A stretch of DNA of 64,000 nucleotides, taken from positions 64,001-128,000 of the forward strand of contig JBMORA010000014.1 of NCBI GenBank assembly GCA_049320885.1, read 5' to 3'. The stretch is from Thermodesulfobacteriota bacterium (lineage in GTDB: Bacteria > Desulfobacterota > Desulfobacteria > Desulfobacterales > SURF-7). Under the pieces are notes generated by a model. That model had not been told where the DNA came from and ran no database searches. It was given only the letters and a program-made list of their open reading frames with translations. The translations under genes and the position numbers were made by a program. Positions within the stretch are counted from its first letter, which is position 1; each line of letters starts with the position of its first letter. Positions 19,605 to 28,104 of this stretch are shown piece after piece.

Positions 19605-19627
19605 AAACCTTACCACACAGGTGGTTC

Positions 19628-21298
19628 ATGAGTGAAATAAAGGAAAAGGATTTTATTGCCGAAATCAAATTCTGCATCGACCGGGAGGATCTTGTCAAAG
19701 CAAAAGCCCTGGTTCAGTTTTTTGCAGAAATCAATCCGAAAGCGCAAAATCGGGTATTGTATGAACTGAGCAAATCCAAGGACGAAATGGCTTTCCCGGT
19801 ATTGGATTATCTTCTTGGTCTGGAAAGCGGAGATGGTCGGATCAATCAGAAAATATATGATCTGCTTCTGGAAATTTGTTATGGCAACCCGAAAATGGTT
19901 GTGGAGCATCTGAAAAAGACAGGATACCCGCACCGGCATATCTATATTCAGATAGCAGCCGATTTGAAGCTTCGGGAAGCGGTGCCGGCACTCATCGATA
20001 TCCTTCATTCCGAGTCCCCGGCTACTATTATCGTTGAATGCATCCGGGCTCTGGGCGCTATCGGCAGCCAGGAAAGCATATCGGCGCTGTTGGGATATAT
20101 TGATTCCGCGGATATGGCCTTGCGAGAAGCGGGGGTATCCGCTTTGACGGAGATCGGAAACAAGGCCGTGGTTGAGGGTTTATCCAATGCCATCGTTGGG
20201 GACAAACGTGACAAATCGATTGTCGAAGGGCTTGCGGCCATTCAAACCCGGAATTCCATGGAAAAGCTGAGCGGTTTTTTACGATCCGATTCAGCGGATT
20301 TGCGGAGCCTGGTGATCGACAGCTTAATCAAAATCGGTCCGAAAGCGGTTCCTAGCCTGATTGATCAACTGGAATCCAATGATTCAGATCAGCAGGTGCA
20401 CGCGCTCACCATATTAGGAAAAATCGGCGATAAAACCGCAGTACCCGCCATCCAGCAGCTCCTTTACAAAAAACCGGAAAATCCAAACGTACGATTTGGC
20501 GCTTATGAGGCGCTCGGGCGGTTGCCCGCTTCCAAGGCGGCCATCAGCCTGGCCATCGGGCTCGGTGATCCCGATGAACAGGTTTGTCTGGCCGCAGCGA
20601 AGGCGATTGATAAGAATCTGAACCATGTGCTTGTCGCCGGTTTGAAAAACATGATCAGCAATGAAGATCAGGACGCCAGGAGGGTCGTGGCTGCATTGAT
20701 CGACTCTGGAGCAGATGCCGTATTCGACATGCTGATTGATTGGGAGCCTTTTCCGTCGATTGCCCTGGACTACCTAGTCCATGGTGCGCATCCGGAAATG
20801 AAGAACCACTACCTGAACATCCTTACGGCCAAAGGGCGGACTGAACTGGCGGAGCGTATTATCAAGGAAACGCCGCCTGAAAAAAAAGAGGTCAGGCCCG
20901 TCATTTATGCGGTAGATGATTCCACCATGATGCTGAGGTTATACCAGAAGAAATTACACGCCATGGGGTATGAACCGGTTCTCTTTCAATATCCGGCCGA
21001 AGCGATCGCCGCCGTTAACAAAAGCAAGCCCGCGTTGGTTATTACCGATTTGAACATGCCTCAGATCAATGGATTGCAATTGAGCAAAGAGTTGAGGTCC
21101 ATGTATGACGCGATGAAACTACCCATTGTCATGATTACTACCCAAAGTGATTTTATAGGACGATCCAGGGACAAAACATCAGCACCGATAAGCGAGAAAG
21201 AGATCCGACGGGCGGGTGTTGATGAAATCATCCACAAACCGTTCAGGGACTCCCATTTGGATGCCGTTATCAAGAAGCTTATCGGGCCTCGTCCGTAA
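19628..21298 (+). CDS. HEAT-repeat protein with C-terminal receiver domain
   Basis: Repeated ALGxIG..AVPAL helical repeats; AVDDS, ITDLNMP, ITT, HKP. Confidence 0.85.
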   Translation: MSEIKEKDFIAEIKFCIDREDLVKAKALVQFFAEINPKAQNRVLYELSKSKDEMAFPVLDYLLGLESGDGRINQKIYDLLLEICYGNPKMVVEHLKKTGYPHRHIYIQIAADLKLREAVPALIDILHSESPATIIVECIRALGAIGSQESISALLGYIDSADMALREAGVSALTEIGNKAVVEGLSNAIVGDKRDKSIVEGLAAIQTRNSMEKLSGFLRSDSADLRSLVIDSLIKIGPKAVPSLIDQLESNDSDQQVHALTILGKIGDKTAVPAIQQLLYKKPENPNVRFGAYEALGRLPASKAAISLAIGLGDPDEQVCLAAAKAIDKNLNHVLVAGLKNMISNEDQDARRVVAALIDSGADAVFDMLIDWEPFPSIALDYLVHGAHPEMKNHYLNILTAKGRTELAERIIKETPPEKKEVRPVIYAVDDSTMMLRLYQKKLHAMGYEPVLFQYPAEAIAAVNKSKPALVITDLNMPQINGLQLSKELRSMYDAMKLPIVMITTQSDFIGRSRDKTSAPISEKEIRRAGVDEIIHKPFRDSHLDAVIKKLIGPRP

Positions 21299-21306
21299 GC
21301 ACCATG

Positions 21307-21570
21307 CTATGGGTGTTTGTGACGATCGATCGATTTTGCGGCTTCTTCAAGAAGTTCGTTTATGGTTGCTACCAGTTTCGATGCTTCCGTAAGCTTTTGC
21401 GCGACTGACATCAAACCGGCTTTTTCGGCCTGCTTTGTCCATTCCGCGTAAGTGGCCGAATGGTCGTTGTTATGTCGGATCCAATGCCGGAGTATCTTGT
21501 CAAGTTTTTCTTCAAATGATAAGGATTGTTCCGCTTCATGATGGTGGTGATGGTGGTGATGGTGATCCAT
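21307..21570 (-). CDS. Small His-rich putative metal-binding protein
   Basis: MD-H9 N-terminus, KLDKILRHWIRHNNDH helix; GGAGG RBS. Confidence 0.75.
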   Translation of the reverse strand: MDHHHHHHHHHEAEQSLSFEEKLDKILRHWIRHNNDHSATYAEWTKQAEKAGLMSVAQKLTEASKLVATINELLEEAAKSIDRHKHP

Positions 21571-21697
21571 GGCCCCTCCGCCGTATCGTTTGTCGTTGGA
21601 ATCGTATATATCCGGAATGTATAATGGGGTAATATCTGTTTACTATGAAAATAGTTTCTCCGAAACAAATCGGTCCTAATTATTAAAACAATGCTGG

Positions 21698-21726
21698 AAT
21701 ATAGAAAAATGCAGCGGAATAGTCAA
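21698..21726 (-). promoter_or_regulatory. Sigma-70-type promoter for the His-rich gene
   Basis: Minus strand TTGACT-17bp-TATATT. Confidence 0.45.
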
Positions 21727-21819
21727 GCCTGGGTGAATCCTGGATGAGGAGAAGATAAATGTTTTTCAAAGGGATTGATCCGAGGTGTTTCCGTTTCATC
21801 CATCTCAAATGAGTTTACA

Positions 21820-23787
21820 ATGGCGGATGCAATGAAAAGGAAACGGCAGGTTCAGATCATACTATTGTTTTTTACTGCAGTTGTCTGTGGAACAGCCGCT
21901 GGCGTTTTGTTGGCTTTCTCCCACGACCTGCCGCAGATTCGTTTTCTTGAATCGTATAAGCCCTCCGCGATTACCCGGATCTATTCGGCCGATCACGTGT
22001 TGCTGTCGGAATTGTATGCGGAAAATCGGGATCCGGTGCCTTTTCACATTATCCCCGAGTATTTAAAAAAAGCATTGATTATTACCGAAGACCGCAAATT
22101 TTATACGCACAGCGGAATGGATATTAAAGGTATTGTCAGGGCTGTTATAAAGGATGTGCTAGCGTTGGAACCCCTGGAAGGCGCCAGCACCATTACCATG
22201 CAGTTGAGTAAAACCCTGTTCCTGGACAGCCGAAAAACAATTAAAAGAAAACTGAAAGAGGCGATTCTGGCGTTTCAACTGGAGCGAAGATACACCAAGG
22301 ACGAATTACTTGGTCTGTATATGAATCAAATTTATTTCGGCAGCGGTGCATATGGCATCAAAGCAGCAGCCAGGATATATTTCAACAAACCGGTTCAGGA
22401 ACTCACACTGTCTGAATGTGCTTTGATAGCTGGGATGCCTAAGGCGCCTTCGCAATATTCACCGTTAGTCAATCCAGTTTTGGCCTTGAAAAGAAGAAAC
22501 ATTGTCTTGAAACAGATGGTAAATACTGGAACCATCAGCCAGGTTCAATTTCAGGCCGCCGCGAACGAGCCGCTTTGTTTAGCTGAAAACAAAAAACAAT
22601 TGATCAGAGCCCCCTATTTTGTTGACCATATCGTTAAAGGTCTGGAAACGGAAATCGGTTCCTCGATCTTATATAAAGGGGGCCTTTCAATTTACACCAC
22701 TCTGGATTTCCGACTGCAACAAGAAGCGGAGTACACGATTCAAAGCCATATGGCGGCACTGACGGGCCGGATGCTGCATCACAAGATTACCAACCCGGAT
22801 CCACAGGCAGCGATGTTGACGCTGGATATTTCGGCCGGATCCATTCTCTGCATGGTTGGTGGAAAATCGTATGACAAGAGTCGACTCAACAGAGCTGTCA
22901 CTGTCAGGCGTCAAGCGGGATCGGCTTTCCAACCGATAGTGTATGCCTGTGCCGCGGAAAATGGAATTCCGCAGAATACCTTGATAACGGACATGCCGGC
23001 TTCCTTTCCAGGGAACAGAAAGGGAAGCACTTGGAAGCCGGAAAATTTTTCCGGACGATATGGCGGTGAAATGACGCTGCGGAAAGCACTGGCGCAGTCC
23101 AAAAACATCCCGGCCGTAAAGCTGTTGGAAATGCTTGGTACCGGGACCGTAATGCAATTTGCGAGAGATCTGGGAATAAGTGGACCGCTTTCGCCGGATC
23201 TGTCTCTGGCTCTGGGAACATCGGCTGTTAGTTTGATGGAATTGGTGGCGGCATATGCTGTGTTTCCGAACAGGGGGAACTATATCCGGCCATATGGGAT
23301 CCAGGAAATCCAAGATGCATCCGGACGGATTATCTGGCGGGGCAAACCCCATAAACAGGTTGCCATGTCACGGAAAGGTGCGGCGATTATAACCGATATG
23401 CTTAAAGGCGCGGTCGATGAAGGTACCGGTAAAAAAGCAAGAAATCATCTGAATGGCCCCTTGGCCGGCAAATCAGGCACCACCATTGAATATAGGGATT
23501 CGTTGTTTATCGGTTTTTCACCGGCCATTATCACCGGCGTCTGGGTAGGGGATGATGCCTACCGGTCTCTCGGTGAAGGAGAAACAGGGGCACGGACGGC
23601 ATTGCCCATCTGGATTGATTTCATGCAGGCCGCCTTGCAACGGGAATCGACACAATATTTTGATTTTCCAGATGATGTTGTAAAAATACGAATTGATCCA
23701 GTAACCGGTCTTCCGGTTTCCGCGGAGAATGTAAAAGGAGTGGACGTGCTGTTTATTAAAGGTACCGAACCCGAAAAAAAGGGATGA
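21820..23787 (+). CDS. Class A penicillin-binding protein (PBP1A family)
   Basis: N-terminal TM; glycosyltransferase motifs EDRKFYTHSG, GASTITMQL, RKLKE; transpeptidase motifs SAFQ (sic), SKN, KSG; start uncertain. Confidence 0.92.
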   Translation: MADAMKRKRQVQIILLFFTAVVCGTAAGVLLAFSHDLPQIRFLESYKPSAITRIYSADHVLLSELYAENRDPVPFHIIPEYLKKALIITEDRKFYTHSGMDIKGIVRAVIKDVLALEPLEGASTITMQLSKTLFLDSRKTIKRKLKEAILAFQLERRYTKDELLGLYMNQIYFGSGAYGIKAAARIYFNKPVQELTLSECALIAGMPKAPSQYSPLVNPVLALKRRNIVLKQMVNTGTISQVQFQAAANEPLCLAENKKQLIRAPYFVDHIVKGLETEIGSSILYKGGLSIYTTLDFRLQQEAEYTIQSHMAALTGRMLHHKITNPDPQAAMLTLDISAGSILCMVGGKSYDKSRLNRAVTVRRQAGSAFQPIVYACAAENGIPQNTLITDMPASFPGNRKGSTWKPENFSGRYGGEMTLRKALAQSKNIPAVKLLEMLGTGTVMQFARDLGISGPLSPDLSLALGTSAVSLMELVAAYAVFPNRGNYIRPYGIQEIQDASGRIIWRGKPHKQVAMSRKGAAIITDMLKGAVDEGTGKKARNHLNGPLAGKSGTTIEYRDSLFIGFSPAIITGVWVGDDAYRSLGEGETGARTALPIWIDFMQAALQRESTQYFDFPDDVVKIRIDPVTGLPVSAENVKGVDVLFIKGTEPEKKG

Positions 23788-23808
23788 CATCTGTCGTGAC
23801 ATCTGTCG

Positions 23809-23837
23809 TTGACACCGGGAATCATGTTTTTTATAAT
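23809..23837 (+). promoter_or_regulatory. Consensus sigma-70 promoter for the TetR gene
   Basis: Exact TTGACA-17bp-TATAAT. Confidence 0.75.
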
Positions 23838-23883
23838 CAGCCATCAATCCCAGGATAGACCGAACCGTTGATCCTATGCAACC

Positions 23884-24516
23884 ATGACCGGGTCCATGAA
23901 AATCACAACGCACCAGACTCAGGAAGAGAAGAGCAGGGTCATGCGCTTGCGCCTGATGGAGGCGACTCTCGCTTGCCTGCAGGAACGCGGTTATCATGGG
24001 ACCTCGTTGACCCAAATACTGAAGCGAGCGGGTGTTTCAAGAGGTGCCTGGAGACACCATTATAACAGTAAAAAAGAACTTGTCGCCGCATCGGCGGAGC
24101 ACTTTTTAAAAGGTCCTGTGAACAGCGCGCGGGATTTGATGATCAAGCGAAAAAACGAAAAAGCCGGATTATCGTATTTAGTGGATTATATATGGGATAA
24201 CTTTTATCAGGGGCCATATCGGGATATATGGCTTGAATTCCATGTGGCCTGCAGGACGGATCGAGAACTTCGACAGCGTCTGGTGCCGGTAATCCAGCGG
24301 TTTTTTCGGACATTGGATGATCTGTGGAGGGAACACTTCCAAACAACGAAGGCAACCGATGCCGATGTCGATATCCTGTTGAACCTGACCTTGTATGTCT
24401 TGCGAGGAATGGCTATTCAATCCATTATAATAGAAGATGTAAAATACTATCAAGGCCTTCGCACCCAATGGCTGAATATGATCGCGCCGTTGATTGCCAT
24501 TCGTCATGGCGGATAA
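23884..24516 (+). CDS. TetR/AcrR family transcriptional regulator
   Basis: LMEATLACLQERGYHGTSLTQILKRAGVSRGAWRHHYNSKKEL. Confidence 0.92.
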   Translation: MTGSMKITTHQTQEEKSRVMRLRLMEATLACLQERGYHGTSLTQILKRAGVSRGAWRHHYNSKKELVAASAEHFLKGPVNSARDLMIKRKNEKAGLSYLVDYIWDNFYQGPYRDIWLEFHVACRTDRELRQRLVPVIQRFFRTLDDLWREHFQTTKATDADVDILLNLTLYVLRGMAIQSIIIEDVKYYQGLRTQWLNMIAPLIAIRHGG

Positions 24517-24688
24517 CCATTTGTTCCTTTAATATTTGTTTGTTTTCCAAGCCCAACTCCACGTGCGGGGACGTAAACGGTAATCAACGGCACCGCAGGC
24601 CATCCCTCGTTCAGGGGGTTCGAAAAGGTACCTAAACCGGGAAAAACGATTCTGACAGACGGAAACAGGTTTTTCGGCAATTTTGATG

Positions 24689-24734
24689 CCACTATATATA
24701 GTGGTATTAAAAAAGTGATCACAATATAATGTAA
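24689..24734. promoter_or_regulatory. Tandem NrdR-box-like operator upstream of HTH-pilMNOPQ
   Basis: Perfect 16-bp palindrome CCACTATATATAGTGG (24689-24704) and a degenerate copy TCACAATATAATGTAA (24719-24734). Confidence 0.5.
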
Positions 24735-24848
24735 ATAGATTAAAACAGAATTATAGTTATATATAATTTACTTGACTTAGTGTTAATTTAATATAATTAA
24801 TGCGTATCATCAATTCCAGAAAAACCAGTTTTTAACAAGGTATGGGCT

Positions 24849-25046
24849 ATGAGAAAAAGTGCTCTCAGCAAAATCAGAGAATCGCTTTTGATGAGTAAAT
24901 CTGAATTAGCGAGAAAAGCGAATGTTTCCCCGATAACGATCGCTCGGATCGAACAGGGGAAACCCTGTCGAATGGAAACCAAGCGAAAGATAATCCTGGC
25001 TCTCGGGTATAAGCTTTCTGACCAACATAAGATTTTCAGCGAATAA
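24849..25046 (+). CDS. Small XRE/Cro-type helix-turn-helix protein
   Basis: LSKIRESLLMSKSELARKANVSPITIARIEQG; stop lies 9 nt before pilM. Confidence 0.85.
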   Translation: MRKSALSKIRESLLMSKSELARKANVSPITIARIEQGKPCRMETKRKIILALGYKLSDQHKIFSE

Positions 25047-25055
25047 GAGCGCGTT

Positions 25056-26111
25056 ATGATTTTTGGAAAAAAAGACCACCTTGTAGGATTGGATATCGGT
25101 TCCCGGACCATTAAGGTCGGCGAAGTTGAAAAAACTGCATCCGGCTATACGGTTACAAAATTCGGCGCTCTTGACATTGCGCCCGGGATTATCGAAGAGG
25201 ACGGAATCAAGAACCCGGAGGGCGCGGCTGATTCCATACGACAGTTATTTAAACTGTATAATGTAAAAGAGCAGAACGTCGCCATATCCGTAAGCGGTTA
25301 TTCCGTAATCGTGAAAAAAATCAATGTGCAGACCATGAACGAAACTCAGCTTCAGGAGATCATCCATCTCGAGGCTGAACAATACATTCCTTTTGACATC
25401 AGCGATGTCAATCTCGATTTTCAGATATTGGGCGGCAGTGAGCGAAATCCCAACCAGATGAGTGTTCTGCTGGTGGCTGCTAAAAAAGAAATGATCAACG
25501 ATTATCTGAACGTTCTGGATATCGCCGGCCTGAATCCCTGCATCATCGATGTCGATGCTTTTGCGCTGCAGAATATTTATGAAACAAATTATACCGTTAC
25601 GGATGAATGTGTCGCACTTATCGATATCGGCGCCAATAAGACATCATTGAATATCCTAAAGGGTACCGCTTCGGTTTTCATGCGCGATGTGTCATTGGGA
25701 TGCAGCCAGATTAATCACAAAATCGTTTCCCAGATAGATTGTTCCGCTCAAGAGGCCGAAGAAATTAAAAGCAGCGAGAATCAGGACCGGATGCCTCAGG
25801 AGGATTTAAATGAAATCGTATCTTCTGTGGTATCCGACTGGACGACCGAAATCAGAAGAGCCCTCGATTTCTTTTATTCCACCTATCCCGATGACCAGAT
25901 CAAAAGGATAGTGTTGAGTGGCGGCGGGGCTAATATCAAAGAATTTCGGTCCCTTTTGGCATCACAAACATCCACGGAAGTGGCTATTATTAACCCTTTT
26001 GAAAAATTGAATATTGATGAAAAAAATCTGGATAGCACATATCTGAATAAAATGGCTCCACAGGCAGCAATTTGCATGGGCTTGGCTATCAGAAGGGTGA
26101 ATGATAAATGA
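25056..26111 (+). CDS. pilM: Type IV pilus assembly protein PilM
   Basis: VGLDIGSRTIK, EAEQYIPF, ALIDIGA, LSGGGA actin-like motifs. Confidence 0.95.
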   Translation: MIFGKKDHLVGLDIGSRTIKVGEVEKTASGYTVTKFGALDIAPGIIEEDGIKNPEGAADSIRQLFKLYNVKEQNVAISVSGYSVIVKKINVQTMNETQLQEIIHLEAEQYIPFDISDVNLDFQILGGSERNPNQMSVLLVAAKKEMINDYLNVLDIAGLNPCIIDVDAFALQNIYETNYTVTDECVALIDIGANKTSLNILKGTASVFMRDVSLGCSQINHKIVSQIDCSAQEAEEIKSSENQDRMPQEDLNEIVSSVVSDWTTEIRRALDFFYSTYPDDQIKRIVLSGGGANIKEFRSLLASQTSTEVAIINPFEKLNIDEKNLDSTYLNKMAPQAAICMGLAIRRVNDK

Positions 26112-26692
26112 TCAGGATCAATCTACTGCCTTTTCGCGCGGCACGGAAAAGCGAAAATATCCGGCGACAAGTTTCTCTTTTCTTGCTTTCACTGGTATTG
26201 ATTTTTCTGGTGATGGGTTATTTCCAGATATATTTGGCAACCGAAATCAGCTCGATGAAACGAAAGGTCGACAATGCCACTCAAGACCTGCAGCGTTATC
26301 AAAAGCAGGCGTCTGAAGTGGATTCCATCAAGAATAAACTGGATAATCTCCAGAAGCGAACGGATGTCATGAAAGAGCTGGATAAAAACCGAAAAGAACC
26401 GGTTCAATTGCTCGACGTCATGACTCAAGTCGTCATACCCAATCGAATGTGGATTAACAGCCTTTCCATTTCGGACGCGAATGTCGCCATCTCCGGTATT
26501 GCCCTGGACACGAAGACCACGGCGGATTTCATGGTCAGACTGGAAGAATCAGCGCTGTTCTCGGCTGTTAATTTGGAATCCGTCAAGCATGAAATAATCA
26601 ACAAGCAGAAAATGCAAAGCTTCCAAATTACCTGTGTTAGACCGGTAAAAACAACAGAGAAAGTGAAAACAACAGAGAAAGCCAAGAAGTAG
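26108..26692 (+). CDS. pilN: Type IV pilus assembly protein PilN
   Basis: MIRINLLP motif, single TM, coiled coil. Confidence 0.93.
   Translation: MIRINLLPFRAARKSENIRRQVSLFLLSLVLIFLVMGYFQIYLATEISSMKRKVDNATQDLQRYQKQASEVDSIKNKLDNLQKRTDVMKELDKNRKEPVQLLDVMTQVVIPNRMWINSLSISDANVAISGIALDTKTTADFMVRLEESALFSAVNLESVKHEIINKQKMQSFQITCVRPVKTTEKVKTTEKAKK
26645..26680 (+). repeat. 18-bp tandem duplication in the pilN tail
   Basis: GTAAAAACAACAGAGAAA GTGAAAACAACAGAGAAA, encoding VKTTEK twice. Confidence 0.8.
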
Positions 26693-26699
26693 GGAAAAG

Positions 26700-27335
26700 A
26701 TGGAAAAGATTAAAAATGCGTTTTCTGAGAAATTGGAGCCGCTTGTCAGCAAAATCGGCGAACTGACAAAACTCCAGCGTTATCTGATTTATGGCGGGAC
26801 CCTGGTCCTGATCACCGTGGTCTATGTCTACGCATTGTATTTGCCGAAATATGAAGAAAAAAGCCGACTGGAAGAGAATCTGACCAAGGTCGAGGAACAG
26901 CTAAAAACGACCAAGGGCAAGGCAATGCAATTGGAATCATTGCAAAAAAAGATGGAAGAGGCCAGGGTTCAATTTGAAATAGTGAAAAAAACACTTCCGG
27001 AAAAAAAGGATATTCCTTCTCTTTTGTCAAGCATTTCCCAGTCGGGCCGGGATTCAGGATTGGAATTTTTTCTTTTTCAGCCGAAAAAGGAGCTCAGCAA
27101 AGGCTTTTATGCCGAAATTCCGGTTGCAATGAAAATGCAGGGAAATTATCATAATCTTGCGATTTTTTTTGCAAGAGTGGCAGATATGTCGAGGATTGTA
27201 AATGTTAGGGATATCAAAATTACCGGTGGCGCGTCAACTCTCGATACCGCATGCACGGCCGTCACCTATCGGTTTATCGATGCTGAAAGCGCCCCGAAAC
27301 AAGCACCAACAAAAAAAGGCAGAAGACGGAAATAA
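26700..27335 (+). CDS. pilO: Type IV pilus assembly protein PilO
   Basis: TM plus coiled coil, LPEKKDIPSLL, FYAEIPV, GNYHNLAIF. Confidence 0.93.
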   Translation: MEKIKNAFSEKLEPLVSKIGELTKLQRYLIYGGTLVLITVVYVYALYLPKYEEKSRLEENLTKVEEQLKTTKGKAMQLESLQKKMEEARVQFEIVKKTLPEKKDIPSLLSSISQSGRDSGLEFFLFQPKKELSKGFYAEIPVAMKMQGNYHNLAIFFARVADMSRIVNVRDIKITGGASTLDTACTAVTYRFIDAESAPKQAPTKKGRRRK

Positions 27336-27338
27336 ACC

Positions 27339-28073
27339 ATGCATCGACAATTGCTCATAGCGACGATGATCTTTCTTTTTGCCCTGTGGTTCGGACCCGC
27401 GGGGTGCGGAAAACAGCCGGACGACTCCTCCAGACAATCGACCCCGGTGGCCAAAAAAATTATTCCACAACAAACAAAAGCCGATCAGGGCACCGAGGCA
27501 AAGACGGTTCAGACCGGCGCCAAACCGCCGGCATCAGCCACACCGGCCTCAACCACACTAGGCTCAACCACACCGGAATCAGCTGCACCGACGGCAATGA
27601 ATTCATCAGCAGCGGAACAGCCCCCCGGCCAAGCCCCTCCGGCGGATGGACAGAAACAAAAAGCGGCCGTGGCTTCAGCAGACAACCGTCCACCGCTGGA
27701 ACTATACAATCCGGCTGGAAAGCTCGATCCTTTTGCTCCCCTGTTTAAGGAGGAGCAGGTCGTTACAGAGGACAAATCCCAAAATAAAAAGAAAAAACGA
27801 CGGGGCCATTTGACACCGCTTGAAAAGGTTGATCTGAGCCAGCTGGTTTTATTGGGCACCATACTCGCACCTAGCGGAAATCGGGCCATGGTGGCCGATA
27901 CCAGTGGGAAAGGATATGTCATTACTAATGGCACCTATATAGGTATGTCCTCGGGGAGAGTGGTTGATATATTAAAGGATCGAATCGTCGTGGAAGAAGA
28001 GGTAGAGAATATTTTAGGAAAAATATCCCTCCGGAAGAGAGAGCTTAAAATTCAGAAACCTCTTGGAGAGTGA
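27339..28073 (+). CDS. pilP: Type IV pilus lipoprotein PilP
   Basis: Lipobox-like AGC, low-complexity linker, DPFAP, TPLEKVDLSQL. Confidence 0.9.
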   Translation: MHRQLLIATMIFLFALWFGPAGCGKQPDDSSRQSTPVAKKIIPQQTKADQGTEAKTVQTGAKPPASATPASTTLGSTTPESAAPTAMNSSAAEQPPGQAPPADGQKQKAAVASADNRPPLELYNPAGKLDPFAPLFKEEQVVTEDKSQNKKKKRRGHLTPLEKVDLSQLVLLGTILAPSGNRAMVADTSGKGYVITNGTYIGMSSGRVVDILKDRIVVEEEVENILGKISLRKRELKIQKPLGE

Positions 28074-28104
28074 TCAAATGGCATATTTCGAGGGTAGAAA
28101 AAAG

